Below are positions 39,401-48,117 of a DNA stretch of 64,000 nt, piece by piece. The stretch lies in NCBI GenBank assembly GCA_964236955.1, contig CAXSGP010000007.1, positions 19,313 to 83,312 on the forward strand, read 5' to 3'. How positions within the stretch are numbered: position 1 is the first letter of the stretch; each line of letters begins with the position of its first letter. The translations under genes and the position numbers were made by a program. A model generated the notes under the pieces. The model was not told where the DNA came from, did no database searches, and saw only the letters and a program-made list of their open reading frames with translations. Source of the stretch: an uncultured Oligoflexus sp. (GTDB lineage Bacteria > Bdellovibrionota_B > Oligoflexia > Oligoflexales > Oligoflexaceae).

Positions 39401-42150
39401 GCCAAAATTTCTTCGGCGTCGCTGCCACGATCTGCCAGTTGCAGAAGTAAATCAACTTTGAGGCTTTCATCCTCGATCAACGCCAGCATTTCATCGGGGT
39501 CGATGTCAGGCAATTCTCCGCGACTGATGAGCAATTCAAGTGGTCCACGCACCCAGTTTTTTTCGTCCGCATCCCAGAGATACTGCACAGTTAAACGCGC
39601 CAAATCAATCTGGTTTTCACCCATTTCCCGCAGTTTTCCCAGGAGTTGAACGAGCCAGAGATGACGGCCGCTACTTTGCATCTCCTTGACGAAAGTCAGG
39701 GCAGTGCGGATCAGCATCATCATTACTGCCGGCGAAATCGTATAGGATTTCATTTGGTTCATCAGCCCGATGATGGCTTCACCGTCATGATTCTGTTCAT
39801 AGACCGAAAGGCGTTCCTCGATGGGGCCAACATCATCGGGATCAGCGGCGAGTATCTGCAGGGCATAGGAGTCTTTATCCCGACCGTTAACGCCTTCGTC
39901 AAAGTAATAGAGCTCGCGCAGGAGAACCGCCCGTTCACTGCCCTGTGCCTGATTCAACTTTTTCTGAAGGAGCGCAAATCGCTCAGAATTCTTGCCGACA
40001 CGGGAATAGTAGGAATCAAGGAAATCAAAGCTTCGGGTGTTCATGAAATCACCAGTCAAGGCTTTTTCATAATACGCAAAGATGCGCTCGGGATCTTCGG
40101 ATTTATCCTGATAAAGGTCGCCCAGGAGCTGATAGTAGACCCCCTGCTCTTTAGGCGCGAGGAGGACGATACGTTCTTCCATCGCCGTAACGATTTCCCT
40201 GAAGGGCAGCTTTAAGTCTTCGCGCTGAAACAGACTCAGGGTATAAGCGACACTCAGCAAAGTATTTTTGAGAACCACTGTGAAGATATTGCCCGCCATG
40301 ACATTGTCGTCGGCGGTGTCCCCCAGATCCAGAAGCACCTGGACAAAGCGGGTCGTGCGATCGAGGTCTCCCAATGTTTGCGAAAGGAACAGAGCGCGCG
40401 TCGTAACATCGATCAGCAAGATCGGATCATCAAGCTTTTGGACGAGACGGAAGATTTCATCAAATATCAGGACCTCGTCGATGACCAAATCGAGGGCCCG
40501 CGTGATGCGTTCCGATGCCAGATCCAATCGCTGCATATTTTCCAGCCAGATGGCCGCGATTTTTATTTCCAGCAGCAGCCTTTGATCGTTTGGCGTCTCT
40601 TCCGTCAATTCCGACGTTTCAACGAGGACATGCGCGGCATCGTGGGGTCTCTGCAGCTGTAAGAGCAGATCAGCCGCAAGGAGCGCGTAGCGAACCTGGC
40701 CCTTGTTCGTGTGCCAGCTCTTCAAAGCCCATTGCGAGGCATCCGTGGGATCGATTTTTTGCTTAATTTCTGCAAGGCGATAGTAGATTGCCGCCCGTGT
40801 TCGTTGCGGTACCTCACAGGAAAGCAGCCTATCCATATAGGCCTCCTCGGCAGTGGGGTCTTCGATATCGCGCATGAGACGGATGAGTTTGACAAGAATA
40901 CGGGGAATTTCCCCCCGAGAATGCAGGACACGTTCATAGCAGCTGACGGCACGCTGATCGTCTTTTTGATTCCAGGCGTCACCCAGCATCTCAGGAAGAG
41001 TCAGGCCCGTGATATCGAGACTATCGAATTCGACGATGGCTTGACCCAGGCTGCTGCCGAGTTTGGAGAGGTTTTCCAGAAGCACATCAGCATTAACGGT
41101 TTCAAGTCCGTGGCGAACCCATAAGGAAAGGGTCATAAGGTTCGTGGGATCAAACTTGACCATGAGATCCAGGTATTTTTGTTCAAATTCTATGCCGGCC
41201 CAAAGGCTTAGGAAGGCCCAGCGTCGAATCAGGTAGAGGGAGTGAGGGTTTTTATCGATAAACTCTTTGCATTGCTTCAGAGCGGCAGCGAAATCCTCGA
41301 GCAGAATGAGTTCATCCAGTTTCTGGAAGCGGCGCGCCACCTCTTTTTGTTCCAGGATCTCCATAGGAGGTACCAGGAGTTCGGGCATATCTTCGCCATG
41401 ACTCCACTTCAACCGCCAGTTTCTTCCTTCAAAACTTAATTTGGTCTGACCGAAACCGTTGTCATGAAAATCCCTGACGCCGACCAGGTTGTGAACAAAG
41501 TCAGGGAACTGACAAAAATCGATAAGACATGTGCGCAAGTCCTCGCTCTTGAGTGTGAGGAGATAGGCGTTGAAACTTGTTTTATTGGAAAGAGCCGATC
41601 CAAAGAGCGATTGATTTACGATCTTAGGCAATTCGATAAACAGCCCGCCCGGCGTATGACCGATGAAACAGTGCTTGGTCATAAACAAAGAAATTTGACC
41701 TACCGCTTGAATTACCGAAATATGCATAGCGACCAGACCGTGCGGGAGTTCATGGGAAATGGCGTCCTCGCTCTCAATCAAACGGCTTTGGTCCGCATCT
41801 TTTTCTCTTTCAAGAAATTCGATGAGGAGCCAGAAACCGCTCTTGCGGTCCTCCTGAAGAGCGACCTTTCGGAAGGCTGGGAACCTATCCCTTAGGATAT
41901 CCTCAAAATTCTGCAGGAAATGCTCGGCATTCAAGCTGGCTGCAAAACTTTGCTGATGAATCGTGTCGCCTTTGGACTCGAGTTCCCAACTCAGTATTTG
42001 CCAAGGCAATTCCAGTCTTTTGGGGTTTTTGCCTGCTGTCGGCTCATACCGGAAGTGATCGGCATCCGTTTGGATAAATCCGCTCAGTTCGAGGTCGCTG
42101 TCAAAACTCTGGAGATTTCTAGCTGTCATGGGATCGACCCTTTTTCGCAA
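36493..42150 (-). CDS. Giant alpha-solenoid/TPR protein (1885 aa) with acidic Pro-rich linker and C-terminal globular domain
   Basis: Long uninterrupted ORF; TPR-like units (AVSCYERVL, YYRLAEI, YQLLGDLY..YYEKAL); PPPPPAPS linker. Start may be the ATG at 42129. Confidence 0.75.
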   Translation of the reverse strand: MRKRVDPMTARNLQSFDSDLELSGFIQTDADHFRYEPTAGKNPKRLELPWQILSWELESKGDTIHQQSFAASLNAEHFLQNFEDILRDRFPAFRKVALQEDRKSGFWLLIEFLEREKDADQSRLIESEDAISHELPHGLVAMHISVIQAVGQISLFMTKHCFIGHTPGGLFIELPKIVNQSLFGSALSNKTSFNAYLLTLKSEDLRTCLIDFCQFPDFVHNLVGVRDFHDNGFGQTKLSFEGRNWRLKWSHGEDMPELLVPPMEILEQKEVARRFQKLDELILLEDFAAALKQCKEFIDKNPHSLYLIRRWAFLSLWAGIEFEQKYLDLMVKFDPTNLMTLSLWVRHGLETVNADVLLENLSKLGSSLGQAIVEFDSLDITGLTLPEMLGDAWNQKDDQRAVSCYERVLHSRGEIPRILVKLIRLMRDIEDPTAEEAYMDRLLSCEVPQRTRAAIYYRLAEIKQKIDPTDASQWALKSWHTNKGQVRYALLAADLLLQLQRPHDAAHVLVETSELTEETPNDQRLLLEIKIAAIWLENMQRLDLASERITRALDLVIDEVLIFDEIFRLVQKLDDPILLIDVTTRALFLSQTLGDLDRTTRFVQVLLDLGDTADDNVMAGNIFTVVLKNTLLSVAYTLSLFQREDLKLPFREIVTAMEERIVLLAPKEQGVYYQLLGDLYQDKSEDPERIFAYYEKALTGDFMNTRSFDFLDSYYSRVGKNSERFALLQKKLNQAQGSERAVLLRELYYFDEGVNGRDKDSYALQILAADPDDVGPIEERLSVYEQNHDGEAIIGLMNQMKSYTISPAVMMMLIRTALTFVKEMQSSGRHLWLVQLLGKLREMGENQIDLARLTVQYLWDADEKNWVRGPLELLISRGELPDIDPDEMLALIEDESLKVDLLLQLADRGSDAEEILAYERHALRLTKDVPMMMSIKLEIQHRLVTKSEFATGDLDGFLKQIRSMGNETEALHYLLAQLRLSTSDSHKNFVMDQVQASLQGFNISAEDGEQFVSLLTDLPVADTARIRLTWLERYGVTDRIHDHFFLEYVLSDPSLWSHRTIILHLMEYHLGQNGPKAREAKATINSFMCRLVLEKRDETFRFFVDQDLILKVLDSRTTKAAMDYSLHNKDGSLFQSFWWMTMIRLVDRSEIVEFLNYSRRSFDALAMGKNFFARIEDLAEHDGSAVDPNVLYEIRLFYADYLIESNSGSRKARKILESLHAEFPQESRIWGILIALYREIQAEFALHELLQRVLPYLKDDPRPLKEYQLSVSGLEQEFLELSARQSSLRDGPVEVVTMRYFGNQGIDSEAAAVLSDDLSEVDHTILSTGRDQFEKMGFTVAENDLDRTVFQLDVENLGNAAYARSSAQRAEQASFDFNEPGLNIEHTQTGLALLKLEPPPVLRDKSDLSSSPFSFGDDSQQFDLEEKNRLPNQLPMHTQLAELPGVDMPMRADSKRAGINPGIRAPEPLSFFENTNVYSPTHDMSLPPPPPAPSFAPLSSDLAAEETSAKEFKSRYDNDSRSSASAAVDISSFEPQNPAEAIAPRDDASAAWRRVARSLVPDTGLLESILSYPLKDMAENIIAVQVAALIDNNVASLDSFPQRVWRDPQSIRYEFKWIDRMDREMFHPGIKSPLARVLKALYPLFIQAFVHEMGISGVADRLKMRPDEIQKVRKAIPLTDELIQRTSLRYYTAALKDNGYHLYHLPSIGDRFQFDFEKRDIYIDRNHYMAAPSSRIFHRLTFLLRAVSLDYYPFLHLSTGGEIFPFLMKCKRSLDQNDSVKRVLGMDKDPLRAILAQAKDRDYLTQLFNELGNVSADRISQTISHFIEQIYRLNLAETLDLIGIIETISGVDLVNPRTNSFQRISQSASAKSILAFAADLKLNNK

Positions 42151-42185
42151 AGAATCCGCAATTCGGAGCGCTGATCGAGATATTA

Positions 42186-43589
42186 ATGAATCTGGCCTTC
42201 ATTCCTGAAGATGCTTGTCGGTACAATGGGAAGGAAGTTTACGACTCTATTGTAAAACCGCACCCGAGCGGCTCTGGCGAGGCGATGATGGATATCCTGA
42301 CGAGCTATTCCCGCAAATCGAAAATACTTAATCAAGAGAATCTTCAGCCAATCGTAAAAAAATTGCAAAACTCCATTTATTCCATGCTTTTGAGAAAAAC
42401 CGACCCGCGCAGTGTCGGTCCAGCCCTGGCCCGTAGCGCCTGCTTCGACCTGAGTTATCTCCTGATCCGCCATCGCCAGTGGCATCACGCCTCGCTACTG
42501 CCAGAACTCGCTATAGATTTTTTAAATAGCGAATATTCTATCCCGGGCGCTCTCAGCACCCAGATCGTGGAAGAGGCGCTTGATGTGCTGCATAGCTTTA
42601 CGCCCACTGAACCCGAATGGTCGGCAGAAGACTATAGTCATGAGTTTTTGGAGCACATGATCATCTGTTCGCTCATGTCACTCGATGAAGAGAGCTTGGA
42701 AATTGATCTGGGTCTAGGCCGAAATGCCCTCAATCTCTTTAAAAACGCTTTGGCTCTCGACGCCGGGACCGATGTCTTTCAGTTTGCACCCGAACTCACG
42801 CAAGACCTCAATGCCATCATGCAGCGTATATTGAGCGAACTTGCCGAGTCCCCGGCCAACATGGATATTTACCGCTTAAAAAACGTTCTTCAGAGGGATG
42901 GTTCCACTGACAAAAATAAACTGAAAAAAAATTATCTTAAGCAACTGAGTGGAATTCTGACGTCGTGCTGGCCGGAAGGAAGGACGGCCAGGCAGCTGGA
43001 ACAGGAACGTCCGTCCGACCACTTTCAAGCTGACCTGAGATTGCTTCTTCGCAATGGGCTTATCTATGAGGAGCCGAAAAGCGGACGTGCCCGTTATCCT
43101 ATATTTCGGCTTAGTAATAAAGGCTACGAGCTCACTTGCATTCAGTTCGCCTTTGCTCGTTGGCAGGACCTTGGAACGGCGATTCATCTCTCTGAGCTCC
43201 CGTCACCTTACCAGGCCACTGTCCTTCAAATCCTGGCCAAAGAGTCGACCCAAAAATTGCAAATCTTAATCGAAAACGAGGGCCAATATCTGAGCCCGCT
43301 GGCCCTTCGTTTTGTAATCGACCAATTAAAAACCACCGAAGGCGAAAAAGGCATACTAGATATCTTCAATAATCTTTTGCATAATCAAGCCCATGCTTGG
43401 ATACGAGTCGAAATCTGCCAGGCATTGCCCTTGCCCAGCGGTCTGTCGATAGCGGGCACAATGCTGGATTATTTATTGAATGACGATCCTTCTCCCATGG
43501 TCCGAAGTGCTGCTCGCGCTGCATGGAATAGGCAGCGAAGTATGGCCAGCCTAACCCAGGTCGACGATGCTGTAGCGGAGAGATCTTAA
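42186..43589 (+). CDS. Hypothetical protein with central winged-helix and C-terminal HEAT repeats
   Basis: GRTARQL...DLRLLLRNGLIYEEP....IFRLSNKG wHTH pattern; WIRVEICQAL...LLNDDPSPMVRSAARAAW HEAT pattern. Confidence 0.6.
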   Translation: MNLAFIPEDACRYNGKEVYDSIVKPHPSGSGEAMMDILTSYSRKSKILNQENLQPIVKKLQNSIYSMLLRKTDPRSVGPALARSACFDLSYLLIRHRQWHHASLLPELAIDFLNSEYSIPGALSTQIVEEALDVLHSFTPTEPEWSAEDYSHEFLEHMIICSLMSLDEESLEIDLGLGRNALNLFKNALALDAGTDVFQFAPELTQDLNAIMQRILSELAESPANMDIYRLKNVLQRDGSTDKNKLKKNYLKQLSGILTSCWPEGRTARQLEQERPSDHFQADLRLLLRNGLIYEEPKSGRARYPIFRLSNKGYELTCIQFAFARWQDLGTAIHLSELPSPYQATVLQILAKESTQKLQILIENEGQYLSPLALRFVIDQLKTTEGEKGILDIFNNLLHNQAHAWIRVEICQALPLPSGLSIAGTMLDYLLNDDPSPMVRSAARAAWNRQRSMASLTQVDDAVAERS

Positions 43590-43605
43590 TAACAAGGAGA
43601 AGGCG

Positions 43606-45126
43606 ATGGTAAAGGGTCTTAGCGAGCAGGAATTGAAAGAACGCGGACTGGATTGCCGCGATATCAAAATTCATCAGCGTCGCATTCAGGCTAGCCTGAC
43701 GCAAAAGAAAAATACTTTTATAAAGATCCTCGATACCTGGCGACTCGACAATCATGGTATCCTGCCGCAGCTCTATCTTAGGGATTTTGAAGCCAAGGCA
43801 GCCTCGGGTTTCGTCGCCTTTGTTCCAGCCGCCGGTGCCGCGAGTCGCTATTTCCAGCCCTTGCAGCATCTTCGCCTCGCCCTTGCCGATCACAATAATA
43901 CCGAAATCAGAAAACAAATCGATGCGCTCAAGGCCCAAAAGGCCGAGAGCTGGCCGTTGCCCAAGGGGCTCACGAAACTTCTCGCATCTCCTAACGAAGT
44001 TTTCACCGATGATGAGGTTCAAGACTCTCTCTACGAAATCGATTCGCCTAAGGCCCTGCTGCCCACGCGAAAAAACGGCCCAAGTTTCCTTGAGCAAAAG
44101 CATGCTGAGCATTTTAAGATCAAGGGCCTTGACGCCGAGGTCTATGTCGCGCCCCTTGGGTATTCCCAAAGGTTTGCCGATCATCTTGGAAAGAGCGCGG
44201 CCTATAACGAAAGTATACTGTTCCTTGAGCAGGGTTCTGACCTTTGCACCCTGCGCTTCAATCGTGAGGGGCTGCCGTTTAGAGATGAAGATGGCCAAAT
44301 TTCTTTGGTGCCGGCCGGTCATGGCATGCTCGTGAGATTGTTTCCCCTTATCAAGGAAAAATATCCGGCGGCTCATTCGCTTTTCATCCGTAATATCGAC
44401 AACGTGATCGAAGAGGAAGCGGTCTGCCTGATCGATACTGAAATTTTCCTCGCCCAGCATCAACAGGTCCTGGAAGGACTCAATCTCATTCGTGCCTCCC
44501 TTGCCAGCGATAGCTTCGAAGAGGCGGCCGGAGAGGCCGATCAGCTGCGTCAGCGTTTTCTCAGTCGGCGCAGCGATCATCCCGCCTGGCTGAAATCAAC
44601 GCCCGTGGTCCTGCGGCAGCTTTGGGAACTCCTCTTTGAACTCTTTCACTGCCCCTTTATACTGGCCGAAGAGCTCAAGCTGGGGCTCGGTGAAAAGGAA
44701 GCCATCATCGAGCTTTACAACCGGCCTCTCAATGCCTTGGGCCAGGTTCCCAATAACGGCATGGATGTCGGGGGTAGTCCGGTAAGGGCGGTGCACGAAA
44801 GCGGTGAGGTGAGCATCTGCCTTGAGCTCCCCCATGCGAGTCCTGAGGATAGACTTAAGTTTTTGGAGAATTCCAGCGTCGCCACCCATTTTAACCCGGT
44901 GTTCGTTGCCGCTGAAATCCCTAAGGACATTGCTGTTTACGATTTGGAACAGTGTCCTTTTTGGATATTGGCCGAAAAAAATATCCGGGCGACCCCGGTG
45001 GTCTATCACGAGATCGTTCTCTACGAAGTGCTAGGCAATAGTTATACCGCAAATGTGCTGTTTCCCGAGATACCGAGGCGGCTCTTTCAGCCGCACAAGA
45101 CCTTGCTCGATGGACTTAAGAAATAG
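43606..45126 (+). CDS. DUF4301 / UDPGP-like nucleotidyltransferase-fold protein
   Basis: FVPAAGAASRYF, PKALLP, PAGHGML, FIRNIDNV, GQVPNNGMDVGGSP, THFNPV, FQPHKT; RBS AAGGAG. Confidence 0.75.
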   Translation: MVKGLSEQELKERGLDCRDIKIHQRRIQASLTQKKNTFIKILDTWRLDNHGILPQLYLRDFEAKAASGFVAFVPAAGAASRYFQPLQHLRLALADHNNTEIRKQIDALKAQKAESWPLPKGLTKLLASPNEVFTDDEVQDSLYEIDSPKALLPTRKNGPSFLEQKHAEHFKIKGLDAEVYVAPLGYSQRFADHLGKSAAYNESILFLEQGSDLCTLRFNREGLPFRDEDGQISLVPAGHGMLVRLFPLIKEKYPAAHSLFIRNIDNVIEEEAVCLIDTEIFLAQHQQVLEGLNLIRASLASDSFEEAAGEADQLRQRFLSRRSDHPAWLKSTPVVLRQLWELLFELFHCPFILAEELKLGLGEKEAIIELYNRPLNALGQVPNNGMDVGGSPVRAVHESGEVSICLELPHASPEDRLKFLENSSVATHFNPVFVAAEIPKDIAVYDLEQCPFWILAEKNIRATPVVYHEIVLYEVLGNSYTANVLFPEIPRRLFQPHKTLLDGLKK

Positions 45127-45356
45127 AAATCAAAGGGAGAAGCTTTGCTTCTCTCTTTTCCTTGCCCACCCCCGCTTTCCACACTCTGTCAAATATCCCA
45201 CGCTCGCTAGGCCCCTTCCCGTCAAGATTTCGACCCAACCCGCCACCTGATGTACCCAGCAAACCCTTACCAAGCAAGGTTTACCCGTTGAAACCGAAGG
45301 CGTAGCCAGCCAAAATAAATATTAAGAAGAGAAACTTCTGTAGAGGAGCGTTACGC

Positions 45357-45623
45357 ATGGGACCCCAAGTCGATAAAGCAATTTTTAAACAAGCCCTGGT
45401 CGAGCTAGGCCACGATCCAAAAAACTATGAAGGGAAACGACTTTCCTTTCACGGTATGTGTGAACTCTACGAGCTCGACCCGGACTTTGTTTTGAATGCC
45501 ATCGACACCAAAGAAATACCGGCTCATTACGACTACTATAATGACACCATTTGGATGGATGCATTAGACGCTGCACACTTCTACTATTGTCACTTAAGCA
45601 AGCAGCAAATATTCAAGGATTGA
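45357..45623 (+). CDS. Small hypothetical protein, possible HTH_17/excisionase-like DNA-binding domain
   Basis: GAGGAG RBS; upstream TTGAAA-N17-CAAAAT (45288-45316); LSFHGMCELYELDPDFVLNAIDTKEIPA pattern. Confidence 0.65.
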   Translation: MGPQVDKAIFKQALVELGHDPKNYEGKRLSFHGMCELYELDPDFVLNAIDTKEIPAHYDYYNDTIWMDALDAAHFYYCHLSKQQIFKD

Positions 45624-45647
45624 CTGCCGGGACGGAAGCAAAATGAG

Positions 45648-45676
45648 CTGACAAAGTCGCACTTTTAAGCTATAAT
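45648..45676 (+). promoter_or_regulatory. Sigma70-like promoter of the LysR gene
   Basis: CTGACA-N17-TATAAT. Confidence 0.6.
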
Positions 45677-45728
45677 ACGCTTCCGTCACTGCTCTTACTT
45701 TGGATTGCCGAACGCGCGGGAGGCGTCT

Positions 45729-46673
45729 ATGTCACTGTTGGCTCGCTTAAATTTGAATTATCTGCGCATCTTCCTCGTCGTCTACCGCACGCGGAGTATG
45801 ACTCTTGCCGCCAAACAGCTCCATCTCACGCAGTCCGGCGTCAGCCAGCAGATCAAATCCCTCGAAGACACACTTGGCATTATTTTGTTTGATCGAATCA
45901 ACCGCAAGATACTGCCGACCTCTGAAGCGGATCTCCTCTATGATGAATGCTCCCGGCGCCTGGATGACCTTGAGGATACCCTCAGACAGATTTCCAAGCA
46001 GGACGGCGAACTGCTTGGCCGCGTAAAAATCGGCGTCTCTCCCACGCTCCATGGTCGCCCTCTCATCGTGCTCCTTTCTGAGTTCGGCCGTCAGCATCCC
46101 AAGGTTAAATTCGAGTTTAAATTCGGATTCGCCAGCGATATCAGCAAATGGTTTGAGGACGGCAGCATGGACTTTGCTCTTGTCGATGCCTTTGTAAACG
46201 AGCCCAATCTCGATTATGAGGAAATTGCCTCGGATCCCTACGTAATGGTCGGACATAGCGCGCTCCTTGCTGAATTTCCCCAATACAGCGAAAACTATGA
46301 GCAATTTACCAAGCTGCCCTTCGTCCAGTATGTCGAAGCCCAAGAATTGATGAACGCCTGGTTCAAGAAAAATTGGGGGCGTTTACCCAAGGACATTAAT
46401 GTACGAGCCCGGGTCATGGATATTCAAAGTTGTGTGAACTTTATCAGACAAGGCACGGGCATAGGTCTGGTCCCTGATTCCTATATCCGTGACGCGGCGA
46501 AAGTTGATCCTTCCCTCCAGGTGATTCATCTCAAATCTCCAGTATCCAACCGGATCCGGATCGCGGTCCTGCAGAAACGTACGATGGGATTGTCGGCTAA
46601 ATTCTGTCATCAATGGCTGCGTGATAGTTTGGATTCGCTCCGGGATTCGGTGAATAAAAATAAGTCCGACTAA
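45729..46673 (+). CDS. LysR family transcriptional regulator
   Basis: SMTLAAKQLHLTQSGVSQQIKSLEDTLGIILFDR; GGAGG RBS before ATG 45729. Confidence 0.95.
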   Translation: MSLLARLNLNYLRIFLVVYRTRSMTLAAKQLHLTQSGVSQQIKSLEDTLGIILFDRINRKILPTSEADLLYDECSRRLDDLEDTLRQISKQDGELLGRVKIGVSPTLHGRPLIVLLSEFGRQHPKVKFEFKFGFASDISKWFEDGSMDFALVDAFVNEPNLDYEEIASDPYVMVGHSALLAEFPQYSENYEQFTKLPFVQYVEAQELMNAWFKKNWGRLPKDINVRARVMDIQSCVNFIRQGTGIGLVPDSYIRDAAKVDPSLQVIHLKSPVSNRIRIAVLQKRTMGLSAKFCHQWLRDSLDSLRDSVNKNKSD

Positions 46674-46919
46674 TCGATTTGTTTAAGTCTAAATAATTTT
46701 AGAAAAGGAATTAAAGACTATATCCTTTAGTGATTCCTACACGAGCCCGGAGGCGGCCACCCGATCTGCTCAGCATTCATCTTTCCCCATTTCCATTCTT
46801 TCCCCATGTTATCCGAACTCAGCTATCCTAAATCCCCCTCCCCCTCGCGTATTTTTGCTTGATCCCCCCTACCTAAATCTGCCATTCATAGTTATTGATT
46901 AATCCAACGAAGGAATTCC

Positions 46920-47738
46920 ATGGCTACCTTTAAGCTTCTTGTGGACAGCCGCCAGTCGGATACTTTTGCCAATTTAGGAAGTCCGGAACAGCTCAAAGCT
47001 TTGCGCCTGACGCGTTACGTTTGGGAGGCCAACGAAGTCTCCCAGGATATCAAAGACCGCATCCTGAAGACGACCCAGGGTGGCCATACCTGTCTTTACC
47101 TTCCTAAACGAGAATGGAAAGCCGCGTTTTTCGATATGGATTCCACCGTGATCCGTCAGGAATCGATAGTGGAGCTGTCCAAAGCCGCAGGTAAAGAGGC
47201 CGAGGTTGCAAGCATTACCGAACAGGCGATGGCCGGCCTATTGGATTTTACCTCTGCTCTTCGCGAGCGTGTAAAGATGTTAGGTGGCCTGCCCGATACC
47301 ATTATTTCGAAAGTTGCAAAAGCCTTGACGATCAGTCCTGGAATGCCGGAATTCTGCAAAGAGGCAAAGCTCCGCAAGATCAAGCTCTATCTTGTTTCGG
47401 GGGGCTTCAATGCCTTGGCCTCGGGCATCGCGCGTGAGCTCCAGTTTGATGGCTTTATCGCCAACGAGCTCGACAGCGAGAATAATGCGCTTACCGGTCG
47501 GCTGCGAGGCGCTGTCATCAATGCCGAGTCGAAGGCTCAGTTTTTAGTTGAAACCTGTACGAAGCTTGGAATACATGTCAATGACACCCTGGTCGTTGGC
47601 GATGGTGCCAATGATCTGCTGATGATGCAGGCCGCAGGAGCCGCGATTGGCTATTATCCCAAAAGTATACTCCTGCCTCATATCTCTGGCGCGATTTCTA
47701 ACGGCCATGATCATCGGGCTTTGATTTACGCTTTGTGA
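46920..47738 (+). CDS. serB: Phosphoserine phosphatase (HAD family)
   Basis: FDMDST, E.I.EL, ITEQAMAGLLDF..LRERV, LVSGGF, VGDGANDL. Confidence 0.92.
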   Translation: MATFKLLVDSRQSDTFANLGSPEQLKALRLTRYVWEANEVSQDIKDRILKTTQGGHTCLYLPKREWKAAFFDMDSTVIRQESIVELSKAAGKEAEVASITEQAMAGLLDFTSALRERVKMLGGLPDTIISKVAKALTISPGMPEFCKEAKLRKIKLYLVSGGFNALASGIARELQFDGFIANELDSENNALTGRLRGAVINAESKAQFLVETCTKLGIHVNDTLVVGDGANDLLMMQAAGAAIGYYPKSILLPHISGAISNGHDHRALIYAL

Positions 47739-48117
47739 AAGAATCCAGTCAATTCTTGGGGCTGACGGTGGAAGCTCTATTAGGGTCAGCAAACGGGAGC
47801 CGAAAAACCTGGCTCCCATCGGCCTGGCTTTCGGGCTGATCCGTTCAAAGGCTGATAACACCTCAAGCAAAGTCCTATCTTGCCGCTTCAAAAAAGCTTG
47901 AGTTGAATCCACGCGACGCTGCCAATCGTTTGAACACTCTCGCAAGAGTGCTAACATAATAAAGCTCCCCTATCCTTTGCTCCAAGGTCCTGGGCCCCCT
48001 TTCCAAGGCCTTTGGCGAGGACCTCTATAAATCTTTATCATATTGAAATGATTAAAGAATATAGGTACAAAATATCGGTGAGCCGCCCTATCTTTGATTA
48101 CTGATTGAAGGACCTCC

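Noticed and set aside
43366..44580. 404-aa minus-strand ORF
   Set aside because: Antisense shadow of the DUF4301-like gene; no motifs.
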